64,000 bases of DNA from NCBI GenBank assembly GCA_003213165.1, contig QCNO01000001.1, forward strand, positions 133,403 to 197,402, written 5' to 3'. This DNA comes from OCS155 cluster bacterium AG-426-D23. GTDB lineage: Bacteria > Actinomycetota > Acidimicrobiia > Actinomarinales > Actinomarinaceae. The notes under the pieces were generated by a model. It had not been told where the DNA came from. It did no database searches and saw only the letters and a program-made list of their open reading frames with translations. The stretch's first letter is position 1; each line of letters opens with the position of its first letter. Below, in pieces: positions 40,569 through 50,470 of the stretch. Position numbers and translations under genes: made by a program.

Positions 40569-41651
40569 ATGAATAACAAATTAGCAGTCATTTATGGAGG
40601 TCCTTCTCCAGAACACGACATTTCGATATTGACTGGCTTACAAGCTGCAAAAATATTGTCTTCAAAATATGAAGTTACGAACATCTATTGGTCTCGTGAC
40701 AATAGATGGTTTTTAGTTGATAATGATCTTGAATCTAAAGATTTTATTGAAAATAAAGATATTTTTAAGAAAGAGATAACAATAAAGTACGATTCAAATC
40801 CTGGTTTTTACATTAAAAAGAAAAAAATTGAAATAGATTTAATCGTAAACTCCTGTCATGGTGGTCCAGGTGAAGACGGAACATTACAGAGTTTATTTGC
40901 CTTATTAGAAATAGATTTTACTGGTCCGTCGTTGACCACATCTCAATTATGTATGGACAAGTACGCATTTTTTTCGTTAATGAATAGTAATAACATGCCA
41001 GTTTTAGAAAAACATTTAGTATCAGAAAAAGTTTTTCCAGAATTTGAGGGACCATATATTCTTAAACCTAGATTTGGAGGGTCCTCAATTGGAGTAGAAG
41101 TAGTAGACGATTATAAAACCGCAATAACCATTTCTTCAAATTCAGATTTATATATCCAGGGTGCAACCATTGAAAAATATCTTGAAGAATCATCCGATTT
41201 GTTAGTAGCTGTAAGATCATTTCCTCAAATTGATTATTCAGAAATTGAGAAGCCAATTAGATCAAACAATTTTGAATTGTTTTCATATACTGACAAATAT
41301 CTTGAAAATGGTGGATTAGAAGGATCTAAAAGAGAATTGCCTGCAAATATATCGAAAGATATTAAAGATGACATTTATCGAATTTTAGATTTATTTATGT
41401 CAATTGTCGATATAAGAGGAATAGCAAGGGTAGATTTTCTATTGAAAGATAAAGAACTATATATAAATGAAGTTAATACAATACCAGGAAGCCATGCACT
41501 TTACTTATGGGAGTCAAAAGGGTTTAGCAAATTTGAGTTAATGAATGATATGATTTCTGAGGCCAAAAATTCTCTGTCATCTTGGTCCACAGAAGGATCT
41601 GATGGGACTGCTTTAAAATCAGCAAAAGATATTAAAAGTAAGTTAGGTTAA
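40569..41651 (+). CDS. ddl: D-Ala--D-Ala ligase-like ATP-grasp enzyme
   Basis: GG.SPEHDIS, HGGPGEDG, MDK, KPRFGGSSIG, ARVDF, NEVNTIPG motifs. Confidence 0.82.
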   Translation: MNNKLAVIYGGPSPEHDISILTGLQAAKILSSKYEVTNIYWSRDNRWFLVDNDLESKDFIENKDIFKKEITIKYDSNPGFYIKKKKIEIDLIVNSCHGGPGEDGTLQSLFALLEIDFTGPSLTTSQLCMDKYAFFSLMNSNNMPVLEKHLVSEKVFPEFEGPYILKPRFGGSSIGVEVVDDYKTAITISSNSDLYIQGATIEKYLEESSDLLVAVRSFPQIDYSEIEKPIRSNNFELFSYTDKYLENGGLEGSKRELPANISKDIKDDIYRILDLFMSIVDIRGIARVDFLLKDKELYINEVNTIPGSHALYLWESKGFSKFELMNDMISEAKNSLSSWSTEGSDGTALKSAKDIKSKLG

Positions 41652-42286
41652 TGTACGGAATACTTTGGGACTGTGATGGAACAATCATGGATACCGAGAG
41701 ACTCTATGCCTACGCATGGCAGACCCACTTAAAACAATTCGGATTAAGTATTCCTGAAGACGAGATAAAGCAATTTGTTGGAGTTGATGACAGGATAGTG
41801 CATTCGTTTTATTCGGATCAGGTAGATTTAGAAAATTTCGATCAAACGATGCATAAATTAGGCTTTATAATTGAAAATTCCTTAGATGAAAGAATAATAT
41901 TTCAAGATGCAAAACAATTACTTTATCAATTATCACATCTTGAATTTAAGCAGGCTTGTGCATCTGCAAGCCCATATAATTTGTTAAGTAAAAAACTACA
42001 AAAGTTCAAAGTTGATTCTTATTTTGATTTTATTATTGGAGGAGATCAGGTTAATAGAAACAAACCATATCCAGATATTTACAATAAGGCGATAGAAAAA
42101 TTGGGAACTTCTTATAATTTAGTTATCGAAGACAGTCCGACTGGAATTTTATCCGGCAAAGCATCGGGATCTTTTGTTTTAGCTATAGACAGAGGTATGT
42201 TTTCTAAAGAACAACTGAGTGAAGCTGATCAAATAGTTGAAATGTTAGATATAGAAATCATAAATAAGATTTTTAAAAGTCTATAA
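41651..42286 (+). CDS. HAD-family phosphatase (beta-PGM-like)
   Basis: DCDGT..DTE, KPYPD, IEDS..G motifs. Confidence 0.88.
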   Translation: MYGILWDCDGTIMDTERLYAYAWQTHLKQFGLSIPEDEIKQFVGVDDRIVHSFYSDQVDLENFDQTMHKLGFIIENSLDERIIFQDAKQLLYQLSHLEFKQACASASPYNLLSKKLQKFKVDSYFDFIIGGDQVNRNKPYPDIYNKAIEKLGTSYNLVIEDSPTGILSGKASGSFVLAIDRGMFSKEQLSEADQIVEMLDIEIINKIFKSL

Positions 42287-42339
42287 ACAGGGGATATTTT
42301 TAAAATAAATTACAAAACTTTCTTAGGCACAAAATGTGA

Positions 42340-42762
42340 CTAAGAAATGTTAAGAACTAATACAGGAATTTTTCTTTCCGTTCTTCTTTGATAAGCAGAG
42401 TACCCACCATTATTTATATAATCCATTTTGTTCCACCACTCATTTCTTTCATCTTCATATATTTCTCTTGATACTGCTTTAAATTTATCTCTTCCGATTT
42501 GAACTTCACACTCAGGATATTTTTTTAGATTGTGATACCAGCCTGGATTAGTATCACTCCCACCTTTTGAGGCTACAATACATATTTCATTATCCTCTTT
42601 GAGGAAAACCAAAACATTTTTTCTTTCCAGATTTGTTTTTGCCCCAGTTGTATGAAGTATTAAACAAGGGCGGTTATTTAAAAATTTACCGATTCTTCCG
42701 TCTGAGTAAATATAAATATAGTTATGAAAGAAAAGAAATAAAAATAGTAAATATCTTTTCAT
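42340..42762 (-). CDS. Deazaflavin (F420)-dependent nitroreductase family protein
   Basis: TTGAKT..ER, VASKGG...P.WYHNL, YQ.RT.R.IPV. Start ATG 42762 (ATGA overlap). Confidence 0.88.
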   Translation of the reverse strand: MKRYLLFLFLFFHNYIYIYSDGRIGKFLNNRPCLILHTTGAKTNLERKNVLVFLKEDNEICIVASKGGSDTNPGWYHNLKKYPECEVQIGRDKFKAVSREIYEDERNEWWNKMDYINNGGYSAYQRRTERKIPVLVLNIS

Positions 42763-43958
42763 ATATTCAATTCTATTCTTTTTTTCCAAGAACTATAACT
42801 CGATGGATAAAAGTTAATTGGCTTTACTAATCTAACAGAGGGGAATTCTGTAGTTGGAATATTTACACGAGTTATTTTTTTGTATTTTGGGACTGCTGCA
42901 AATGTGCTTGCAAAATTTTTATTTTTAAGATATTCAATTGGATTATCTAAGTACACCTGAGTACTTCTTTTGTTAGCTAATTCCCTTAAACAATCTAATA
43001 AAAATATAATTCTTTTAGTTGAAAGTTGTAAATAATTTAATAAAGGTTTATCAAAAATAAAAACAGCTGGAAGATTTGAATAATAATTCAATGCTGGATC
43101 ATTGTCTCCTATTGACTCAGCATTCATCCAAACAAATTCAGGTTTTGAATCAATATTATCTTTTATATTTTTAGGTCCAAAATTAGTTTCAATATCCAAA
43201 TCAACATCTATTGTTTTTTTAGTTATGTTGATTTCTTCAGGCCAATTTTGTATAGGACAATCATATTTGACTTCACAATTGTCACAAAAACTTTTTGCTC
43301 TTTTGTCTACTTGGAATTTTGAAAAACCATACACTTTACCAGTTTGAGACCCCATAACCCAATGCCAACCTAATCTATTTGCAAATCTTGATCCATCAAC
43401 TAAATGTTTAAACATGTAATCTTCATAATTTCTCCAGTTATCTCCAGTTCGTAATGAAAAATGTGATGCAAACCACATTCTTGTTTGATTAACCATGTAT
43501 CCAGTACTTTCAAGTTCGTTTTTAATTGAATTAATACAATTCATATTTTGATAGTCTTTTTCGATCTTTTTATTTGATTTGATTACATAATTTAAATAAT
43601 CGTTTGTATTTTTACCTACAATTGCGTACAAATGCCTCGAAAACTCTTGCCATAACAGCTCATCTCTGAATTTTGTTTTATCTTGGTATTCAAATTTTTC
43701 TACAAAATTCCATACTTCGGGTAACGAAATTAAACCATGTCGTATATAAGCAGATAAATAAGACGAACCTCTTTTTTCAATTGGCAGTACATTATTCCTT
43801 GTTTTTGCATAATTATTAATATCTAGTGTATTTAAGGCATTATCTGCATTTGATTGGCCACCCTTTATTAATGGTTCTGTATATTTATCGCAACATAAAT
43901 CATTAAAGTATTTGTTAATAATTTCTTCGTTGGATAAGTCTAAATTTATTGAGGACAT
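42759..43958 (-). CDS. Photolyase with inverted domain order (NewPHL-like), probable Fe-S subtype
   Basis: FAD domain first (S.LSAYIRHG, ELLWQEF, GYMVNQTRMW.AS, DGS..AN..GW.W), C..C.....CP, then an alpha/beta antenna-like domain (VW..ES....PAL, VFIFD, KR..F...L). Confidence 0.8.
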   Translation of the reverse strand: MSSINLDLSNEEIINKYFNDLCCDKYTEPLIKGGQSNADNALNTLDINNYAKTRNNVLPIEKRGSSYLSAYIRHGLISLPEVWNFVEKFEYQDKTKFRDELLWQEFSRHLYAIVGKNTNDYLNYVIKSNKKIEKDYQNMNCINSIKNELESTGYMVNQTRMWFASHFSLRTGDNWRNYEDYMFKHLVDGSRFANRLGWHWVMGSQTGKVYGFSKFQVDKRAKSFCDNCEVKYDCPIQNWPEEINITKKTIDVDLDIETNFGPKNIKDNIDSKPEFVWMNAESIGDNDPALNYYSNLPAVFIFDKPLLNYLQLSTKRIIFLLDCLRELANKRSTQVYLDNPIEYLKNKNFASTFAAVPKYKKITRVNIPTTEFPSVRLVKPINFYPSSYSSWKKRIELNI

Positions 43959-43966
43959 TAAGTTAT

Positions 43967-44182
43967 TTAGTACTTATCTTGTCCAATTCGGATATTTTTG
44001 ACAACATTTACATCATCTTGTGCTTCAATCTCGAAATTAATTCTCTGACCCTGTCTTAATGTTCTAAAAATAGAACCTTTAAGTGAACCTGGAACAATAA
44101 AAACTTCTGATTTGTCTGTGTCTAATAAAATAATCCCGTTTCCGGTATTTGGGTCATACGATTTAACAACACCTTGTGCCAT
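43967..44182 (-). CDS. Atypical cold-shock (OB-fold) domain protein
   Basis: QGVVKSYD...G.G.I, FRTL..GQRI.F pattern; RNP aromatics mostly replaced. Confidence 0.75.
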   Translation of the reverse strand: MAQGVVKSYDPNTGNGIILLDTDKSEVFIVPGSLKGSIFRTLRQGQRINFEIEAQDDVNVVKNIRIGQDKY

Positions 44183-44418
44183 TAAACTTTTTCGCCTCTT
44201 TGTCTAATTTCCTTAACAACTGACTCTATTCCGCGTTTATCAATTATTTTGTTTCCTCTTGTACTAACTTTTAGCTTTACCCATCTATTTTCACTTGCAA
44301 GCCAATATTTTTTTGTTTGGATATTTGGTTTAAACCATCGGGGATTTCGTTTATGAGAAAAAGTGACGTTTTTCCCAGAACGTGGTTCTCTTCCTGTAAC
44401 TTGACATCTATTTGCCAT
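44182..44418 (-). CDS. rpmB: 50S ribosomal protein L28 (long, zinc-free type)
   Basis: MANRCQVTG..P..G..V..SH...R.F.PN; SD GGAGG before ATG 44418. Confidence 0.95.
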   Translation of the reverse strand: MANRCQVTGREPRSGKNVTFSHKRNPRWFKPNIQTKKYWLASENRWVKLKVSTRGNKIIDKRGIESVVKEIRQRGEKV

Positions 44419-44508
44419 AAAATTTCCTCCAAAATACAATTCTAACTATAACTAATTTATTAATTTGTAGGTACTTTCATTTTAAAACTTTTTAGGTAAT
44501 GTTTGATT

Positions 44509-46629
44509 GTGGTTGAAAGAAGCTTTAAATATTTAGATGAAATAGAACTTAGTTTTGTTCGAGGAATAGGCGAAAAAAAGTTTGCAAGTCTAAAAAAAAG
44601 TAAATTAAAAACTGTTGCTGATTTAATTCGCTATTTTCCAAGAACACATATTGACAGATCAAAGGTTAAGTTAATATCTCAAATTGATAAAAATGATGAA
44701 AATAATGAAGTAACTATCTTTGGAACTATTGACAAAGTTTCCGTTTTTACCACAAAGACAAGATTAAGAATTGCAACACTAAGTATTTCTGATGAATCAG
44801 GAAATTTAAAAGCTAAATGGTTTGGTCCTCAATATATAGAGTCTAGATTTAAAGAAGGTGAAGTAGTTGCTATATCAGGAAAACCTGAAGTTAAAAAAAC
44901 TGGAAGTGTTGATTTTAAAAATCCAGCTATTGAAAAATTTACTGATATTGAAGAATTAAACGAAACGGGTTCTTTTATTCCTATTTACAAAAAAGTAGAG
45001 GGTATGACAAGTGCAAGCATTAGAAAAGGGTTAAAGGAAATAATCGCTATATTAGAGTCAACAAAAGATGATTTCACACCCGGATTATTTGATGTTTTAC
45101 CTTCTGAAATCATTAAAGAACATTCCCTTGAAAATAGATTACAAAGTATAAAAAAGATTCATTTTCCAAAAAACGAAGTTGATTATAAAAATGCAAGACG
45201 GAGATTAGTCTTAGATGAGTTTATTTATTTAAGGTCAATATTTGAAAATCTAAAGTCAAAATATAAGCATGAAAATAAAGGATTGGTTTACACATTTTCT
45301 AATTCAGATATAGATGAATTTATAGACCAACTCCCTTTTCAATTAACTCAATCGCAATTTAAGGCTGTAAATGAAATTTTAGAAGATTTTAGAAAAAATT
45401 ATCCTATGAAAAGACTGCTGCAAGGCGATGTTGGTTCAGGAAAAACAGTCGTAGCTACTATTGCGTCTTATGCTGCAATTAAATCAGGCTATCAGGTTGC
45501 ATTAATGGCTCCAACAGAGGTTTTAGCTGAGCAACACTTTGCTTCAATTAATCAATTTATGAATAAAGATCAATGTGACATATATCTACTTACTTCATCA
45601 ATTAAAGATAGAGAAAATATTTTAGAAAACCTAAATAATGGTAAACCAGCCCTTTATATTGGTACTCACGCACTAATTCAAGAAAGTATTAAATTTTCAA
45701 ATCTTGGATTTGCAATTATTGATGAACAACAGAGATTTGGTGTTGAGCAAAGAAAAAAGCTAATAAATGAATCTGGAGATATTCCTGATCAGCTAGTTAT
45801 GACTGCTACACCAATTCCAAGAACTACAGCATTGTCAATTTATGGAGATTTAGAAATTTCTTCGATTAATGAATTACCACCTGGGAGAAAAGACATTACT
45901 TCCCATCTGATAGAAGGATCAAAAAAAGATAACGAAACCATTTATGATATTTGTGAGTTTCATCTTCAGAAAAAATCACAAATATTTGTAGTCTGTCCAT
46001 TTATCGAAGAAAGTGAATTGGTGGATATTCAAGCTGCTGAAAATGTTTTCATTGAGTATAAAGAAAAGTTTAAAGATTACAATGTTTCAATTCTTCATGG
46101 GAAGATGTCCTTTGATGAAAAAGATCAAATAATGCAAGATATGAAGAATGGTATAGTAGATATCCTGGTTTCCACAGTTGTTATTGAAGTTGGAATAGAC
46201 ATACCTAATGCAACATTAATGATTATTGAAAGTGCTGAAAGATTTGGATTAAACCAATTACACCAATTAAGAGGTAGGGTTGGGAGAAGTGACAAACAAT
46301 CAGAATGTATTTTTCATGTTTCCAAGAAGAAAACATTAAATACAATCAGTGAAGACGGAAAGAGAAGATTAGAAGCGATTGTAAATATAAAAGATGGCTT
46401 TAAATTGTCTGAAATTGATTTAGAGATTAGAGGTGAAGGTAAAGTTACAGGTACAAGCCAATCTGGACAATCTGATTTAAAGATAGCCGATTTGAGATAC
46501 GACTATGAACTGCTTTTAGAATCAAAAAATATATTTGATAAAATTGAATCTGAAGATATTAAAAAACTACTATTTGAGGAAGCACAAATTCTGTTTCCAA
46601 ATTATTTTAAAGCAAGTGGAACTACATGA
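44509..46629 (+). CDS. recG: ATP-dependent DNA helicase RecG
   Basis: LLQGDVGSGKT, DEQQRFG, MTATPIPRT, QLHQLRGRVGR motifs; start likely GTG 44509. Confidence 0.96.
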   Translation: MVERSFKYLDEIELSFVRGIGEKKFASLKKSKLKTVADLIRYFPRTHIDRSKVKLISQIDKNDENNEVTIFGTIDKVSVFTTKTRLRIATLSISDESGNLKAKWFGPQYIESRFKEGEVVAISGKPEVKKTGSVDFKNPAIEKFTDIEELNETGSFIPIYKKVEGMTSASIRKGLKEIIAILESTKDDFTPGLFDVLPSEIIKEHSLENRLQSIKKIHFPKNEVDYKNARRRLVLDEFIYLRSIFENLKSKYKHENKGLVYTFSNSDIDEFIDQLPFQLTQSQFKAVNEILEDFRKNYPMKRLLQGDVGSGKTVVATIASYAAIKSGYQVALMAPTEVLAEQHFASINQFMNKDQCDIYLLTSSIKDRENILENLNNGKPALYIGTHALIQESIKFSNLGFAIIDEQQRFGVEQRKKLINESGDIPDQLVMTATPIPRTTALSIYGDLEISSINELPPGRKDITSHLIEGSKKDNETIYDICEFHLQKKSQIFVVCPFIEESELVDIQAAENVFIEYKEKFKDYNVSILHGKMSFDEKDQIMQDMKNGIVDILVSTVVIEVGIDIPNATLMIIESAERFGLNQLHQLRGRVGRSDKQSECIFHVSKKKTLNTISEDGKRRLEAIVNIKDGFKLSEIDLEIRGEGKVTGTSQSGQSDLKIADLRYDYELLLESKNIFDKIESEDIKKLLFEEAQILFPNYFKASGTT

Positions 46630-47162
46630 GAGTTCTTGCTGGAAGATATAAGTCAAAATTAATTCGAACAATTAATGATCCATTAACTAGACCTATGATG
46701 AGTAGAGTAAGGGAATCAATATTTAACTCTCTACAATTTAATATTGAAAATAAAGATATCTTAGATCTTTATGCCGGTTCAGGAAGTTTAGGAATTGAAT
46801 CTTTGAGTAGAGATGCAAACTTTGTAACTTTTATTGAAAATTCAGATGACTGTATAACTATTTTGAAGCAAAATTTAAAAGAATTTGAAAATAATTATAA
46901 AATCACTAAATCTAGTGTCGATAAGTTTTTACAAACGTCATTGAGTACATACGATATTGTCTTTTATGATCCCCCTTTCAAAATAGAAACTGATGTTGTT
47001 AAAAACGAAGTCATGAAAATTCATAATATATTAAATAATGATGGATTTGTTGTAATACACCGCCATACAGCATCAAAAGAATTTGATATTTTAAAAAATT
47101 ATAAAATTCATAAAGAAAAAAACTATGGTCAAAGTAATATTCTTATATTGAGGAAATTATGA
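46626..47162 (+). CDS. rsmD: 16S rRNA m2G966 methyltransferase
   Basis: TRP...RVRESIFN, LDLYAGSGSLG.E, DPPF; recG-rsmD-coaD synteny. Confidence 0.92.
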   Translation: MRVLAGRYKSKLIRTINDPLTRPMMSRVRESIFNSLQFNIENKDILDLYAGSGSLGIESLSRDANFVTFIENSDDCITILKQNLKEFENNYKITKSSVDKFLQTSLSTYDIVFYDPPFKIETDVVKNEVMKIHNILNNDGFVVIHRHTASKEFDILKNYKIHKEKNYGQSNILILRKL

Positions 47163-47623
47163 AAATTTTAATTCCAGGCTCTTTTGATCCACCAACAAAT
47201 GGCCATATAGATGTAATAAAAAGATGTTCCAAAATCTTTACTGAAATCCTTGTTGGTGTTGTGGTAAATCCTTCAAAAGAATCATTATTTTCACGTGAAG
47301 CGCGATCATCAATGCTTGAGGCAATATTTAAAGACTACAAAAATATAAAAGTTATGAGTTTTGAAGGTCTTTTAGTTGACTTTGCCTCAAAAAACTCTGT
47401 AGATGCAATTGTTAAAGGATTAAGAGCAATGACAGATTTTGATTACGAGTTTCAAATGGCCCAGGCAAATTCTACACTTGCTGGATTTGAGACAATATTC
47501 ATTCCTTCTTCACCAGAATTTGGTTATTTATCTAGTTCAATGGTTAAAGAAATCCATTCTTTTGGTGGGGATGTCACATCTCTAGTTCCACCAGAAGTTT
47601 TAAAAAGGCTAAATAATGAATAA
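47159..47623 (+). CDS. coaD: Pantetheine-phosphate adenylyltransferase
   Basis: PGSFDP.TNGH, KGLR...DFDYE, SSS.VKE motifs. Confidence 0.96.
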   Translation: MKILIPGSFDPPTNGHIDVIKRCSKIFTEILVGVVVNPSKESLFSREARSSMLEAIFKDYKNIKVMSFEGLLVDFASKNSVDAIVKGLRAMTDFDYEFQMAQANSTLAGFETIFIPSSPEFGYLSSSMVKEIHSFGGDVTSLVPPEVLKRLNNE

Positions 47624-48119
47624 TTCAGAAACAAACTTTGAAAATGTTTTAAAAGGTGAAAGTAAAATCGAAATAGTAGACAAATTAGAAAATTTAAGAA
47701 ATCAATTAAATTCAAATACTCTTAAGGGGAGAATTAACAAAAAAGATATATTAAAAAGTATTGATGAAATAATTGACTCTATGCCAGTTGAGATGCGGAC
47801 TGCAAGATGGATTGTAAGAGAACAAGAAAGTTTTATGAATCAAGCCAAAATTGAATCAAAAGCTCTTTTAGATGATGCCAAGGCAGAATCTGAAAAATTG
47901 ATTGCAAATTCATATGTTATTCAAGAAGCTGTAATTGAAGCGAATGCATTAATAAAACAAGCTGAAGTTGAGATGCAAACATATAGAACTAACATTGAAG
48001 ATACAATTGATCAGAGAATAGATGACATTCAGAATAAAATTGATCAACTTTCAAATTTTTTAGAAAATGAAAAAAATAAATTACGTGAGCCTAGAAACAT
48101 AGAAAATCCAGAAAATTAA
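47616..48119 (+). CDS. Coiled-coil protein, SepIVA/DivIVA-like
   Basis: P.E...ARWI..E motif and coiled coil; conserved position between coaD and yceD. Confidence 0.7.
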   Translation: MNNSETNFENVLKGESKIEIVDKLENLRNQLNSNTLKGRINKKDILKSIDEIIDSMPVEMRTARWIVREQESFMNQAKIESKALLDDAKAESEKLIANSYVIQEAVIEANALIKQAEVEMQTYRTNIEDTIDQRIDDIQNKIDQLSNFLENEKNKLREPRNIENPEN

Positions 48120-48616
48120 TGAAGCTCAATTCAAAGATAAAAACCATTGATATAGTGAATTCTCCTGTTCCTTTAGTAGTCAATCTTTCAGGGAAATTTG
48201 AAATTTCTTATGCAAATCATTTCACTGAAGAACAAGATTTGGTAAATTTAATTTCGGAACTTTATGTTGATGATTCAATATTAAATATCGATATTAATTT
48301 AGAACTCTCTTATCAATCCGAATGCGTAAGATGTCTTTATAAAAAGGCAAATAAGATGAAAAATTCAAGATCATTCAAGCTGAATATAGATGTAGAGAAT
48401 GATTATGAAATTAATTTTGATAGAGAATATGTAGATATAGAGCCATTTATTTCAGAAACAATAATCGATAATTTAGATACACTTTATATATGTAGTAATA
48501 AATGTAAAGGTTTATGCAGTGTTTGTGGTAACAATATGAATAAAATTAAGTGTAATTGTGAAGAAAAAAACTTAAAAGAAAGTCCATTTTCTTCCCTAAG
48601 TCAGCTAGATTTGTAG
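48119..48616 (+). CDS. YceD/DUF177 family protein
   Basis: CVRC and C...CKGLC..CG motifs; upstream of rpmF. Confidence 0.88.
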   Translation: MKLNSKIKTIDIVNSPVPLVVNLSGKFEISYANHFTEEQDLVNLISELYVDDSILNIDINLELSYQSECVRCLYKKANKMKNSRSFKLNIDVENDYEINFDREYVDIEPFISETIIDNLDTLYICSNKCKGLCSVCGNNMNKIKCNCEEKNLKESPFSSLSQLDL

Positions 48617-48634
48617 TTTGAAAGGAATATAGCT

Positions 48635-48817
48635 ATGGCAGTACCTAAGAAGAAGATGTCTAAATCAAGAACTAGACGCAGAAAAGCTACGCATAAAATA
48701 TCTCGACCTCATTTTGTAGTAGACCCTGAAACAGGTGTAGCAAAACAATCTCATAGAGTAAATCCTGCTGATGGTACTTATAACGGTCGTCAAGTAAAAG
48801 AACCTGAAGTAAGTTAA
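48635..48817 (+). CDS. rpmF: 50S ribosomal protein L32 (no Cys)
   Basis: MAVPKKKMSKSRTRRR...HRV....G.YNGRQV. Confidence 0.96.
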   Translation: MAVPKKKMSKSRTRRRKATHKISRPHFVVDPETGVAKQSHRVNPADGTYNGRQVKEPEVS

Positions 48818-48824
48818 GTTTGCT

Positions 48825-49796
48825 ATGAATACTATTGCTGTTGATGCAATGGGTGGAGACTCTGCTCCAATCGATATCGTTAAAGGAGCTATTAAAGCGA
48901 AAGAGCAGGGAGTCGATGTTGTTTTATGTGGTGATAAAGATTTAATTAATCCTTATTTAGAAAATTATGAAATACCTGTTTTTGATTTTCCCCAAGTTAT
49001 TTCTATGGATGAAGATCCACTAAGAGCTATTAGAAATAAAAAAAATGCATCAATAGTTGGATGTATGCAATTACTTAAAGACAAAAAAGTACAGGCAGTA
49101 TTTTCTGCAGGTTCTACAGGCGCAACATTAATAAGTGCAATTTCAATTCTTGGAAAACATAAGGGAGTTATTAGGCCTGTCATAGCCTCTGTCTTGCCTT
49201 CGTTAAGTGGTAATACAATCCTTCTTGATTCAGGAGCTAGTTTAGATGTAAAGCCAAAAGTTCTTTTTCAATATGGAATAATGGGAGCAAAATTAGCTGA
49301 AGTAATAATGGATATAGATAATCCTAAAGTAGGTCTTCTAAATAACGGAGAAGAGGAAACTAAAGGTCGAGATGTAGAAAAAGCAGCATATAAATTATTA
49401 AAAAATAGTAATTTAAACTTTGTTGGAAATATAGAAGGAAGAGATTTTTCAACAAAAAAAGCTGATGTGTTTGTTACTGACGGATTTACTGGAAATGTAG
49501 TATTAAAAACATTAGAAGGTACTGCAAAATTACAGCAAAATCTAATCTCTTCAGCACTATTAGATAATCTATTTAAACCTTTGTTAATTCCCGTAAAAAA
49601 AGCTTTGAAACCTGTTAGAGATCAGCTTAATCCAGATAAATCTGGTGCTTCATACTTATTAGGTGTAAACGGAGTAGTCACAATAGGTCATGGTTCTTCT
49701 AATTCTGAAGCAGTCAAAAATGCAATTTTATATACAGAGACTGCTGTAAAAAAAGATTTAATTAGTAAGTTTTCGTCCGCATTAAGTGAATTATGA
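48825..49796 (+). CDS. plsX: Phosphate acyltransferase PlsX
   Basis: AVDAMGGD, SAGSTGA, GEEETKG, DGFTGNV.LK, HGSS motifs. Confidence 0.95.
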   Translation: MNTIAVDAMGGDSAPIDIVKGAIKAKEQGVDVVLCGDKDLINPYLENYEIPVFDFPQVISMDEDPLRAIRNKKNASIVGCMQLLKDKKVQAVFSAGSTGATLISAISILGKHKGVIRPVIASVLPSLSGNTILLDSGASLDVKPKVLFQYGIMGAKLAEVIMDIDNPKVGLLNNGEEETKGRDVEKAAYKLLKNSNLNFVGNIEGRDFSTKKADVFVTDGFTGNVVLKTLEGTAKLQQNLISSALLDNLFKPLLIPVKKALKPVRDQLNPDKSGASYLLGVNGVVTIGHGSSNSEAVKNAILYTETAVKKDLISKFSSALSEL

Positions 49797-50470
49797 AAAG
49801 TATAGAAGATTTCGAGAAAACAATAGGATACAGCTTTAAAGACAAAAAACTTTTAAAAATTGCTTTAACCCATAGATCTTATTTAGACGAAAACCCAGAT
49901 TTAACATCAAATCAGCGCTACGAGTTCTTTGGAGATACTATTTTGGATTTTGATTTAACTGAGTACCTATTTAAACATTTTCCAGATTTAGATGAAGGAA
50001 GTCTTACAAAGATAAGATCAAGTGCTGTTAATCAGACAAATTTAGTGAAATTAGGTAAAGAAATAAATATAGGATCTTTTATGTTTTTAAGTAAAGCAGA
50101 GAATTCTACCGGAGGTAGGAACAAATCATCCATAATTGAAGATGCAGTAGAAGCTTTAATTGCAGCATTATATTTTGATGGGGGATTAACCGCAGTAAAT
50201 GGTTTTGTTTCTAAATACATATATCCGAGCATAAAAGAGCTTTCTGAAAATCCTGGACAGAAAGATTATAAAACAAGACTTCAAGAGTATTATGCGAAAG
50301 TTGGGAAAAAAGTAAATTATATGGATTCATCTACTGGTCCAGATCATGATAAAAGATTTCAAACTCAAGTTTTTTTAGATAAAGAAATAATCGGAATTGG
50401 AGAAGGCAAATCAAAGAAAAGTTCACAACAAGAAGCTGCGAAACAAGCATTAGAAAAAATAAATGCCTGA
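49793..50470 (+). CDS. rnc: Ribonuclease III
   Basis: ALTHRS, NQRYEFFGD, D.VEALI and a C-terminal dsRBD. Confidence 0.95.
   Translation: MKSIEDFEKTIGYSFKDKKLLKIALTHRSYLDENPDLTSNQRYEFFGDTILDFDLTEYLFKHFPDLDEGSLTKIRSSAVNQTNLVKLGKEINIGSFMFLSKAENSTGGRNKSSIIEDAVEALIAALYFDGGLTAVNGFVSKYIYPSIKELSENPGQKDYKTRLQEYYAKVGKKVNYMDSSTGPDHDKRFQTQVFLDKEIIGIGEGKSKKSSQQEAAKQALEKINA

Noticed and set aside
40569..41651. Vancomycin-resistance (van) cluster
   Set aside because: No vanH/vanX/vanRS-like genes; the ligase cannot be assigned as D-Ala-D-Lac type by eye.
49793..50470. Deviant RNase III signature (QRYEFFGD versus ERLEFLGD)
   Set aside because: The catalytic acidic residues appear retained; ordinary divergence.
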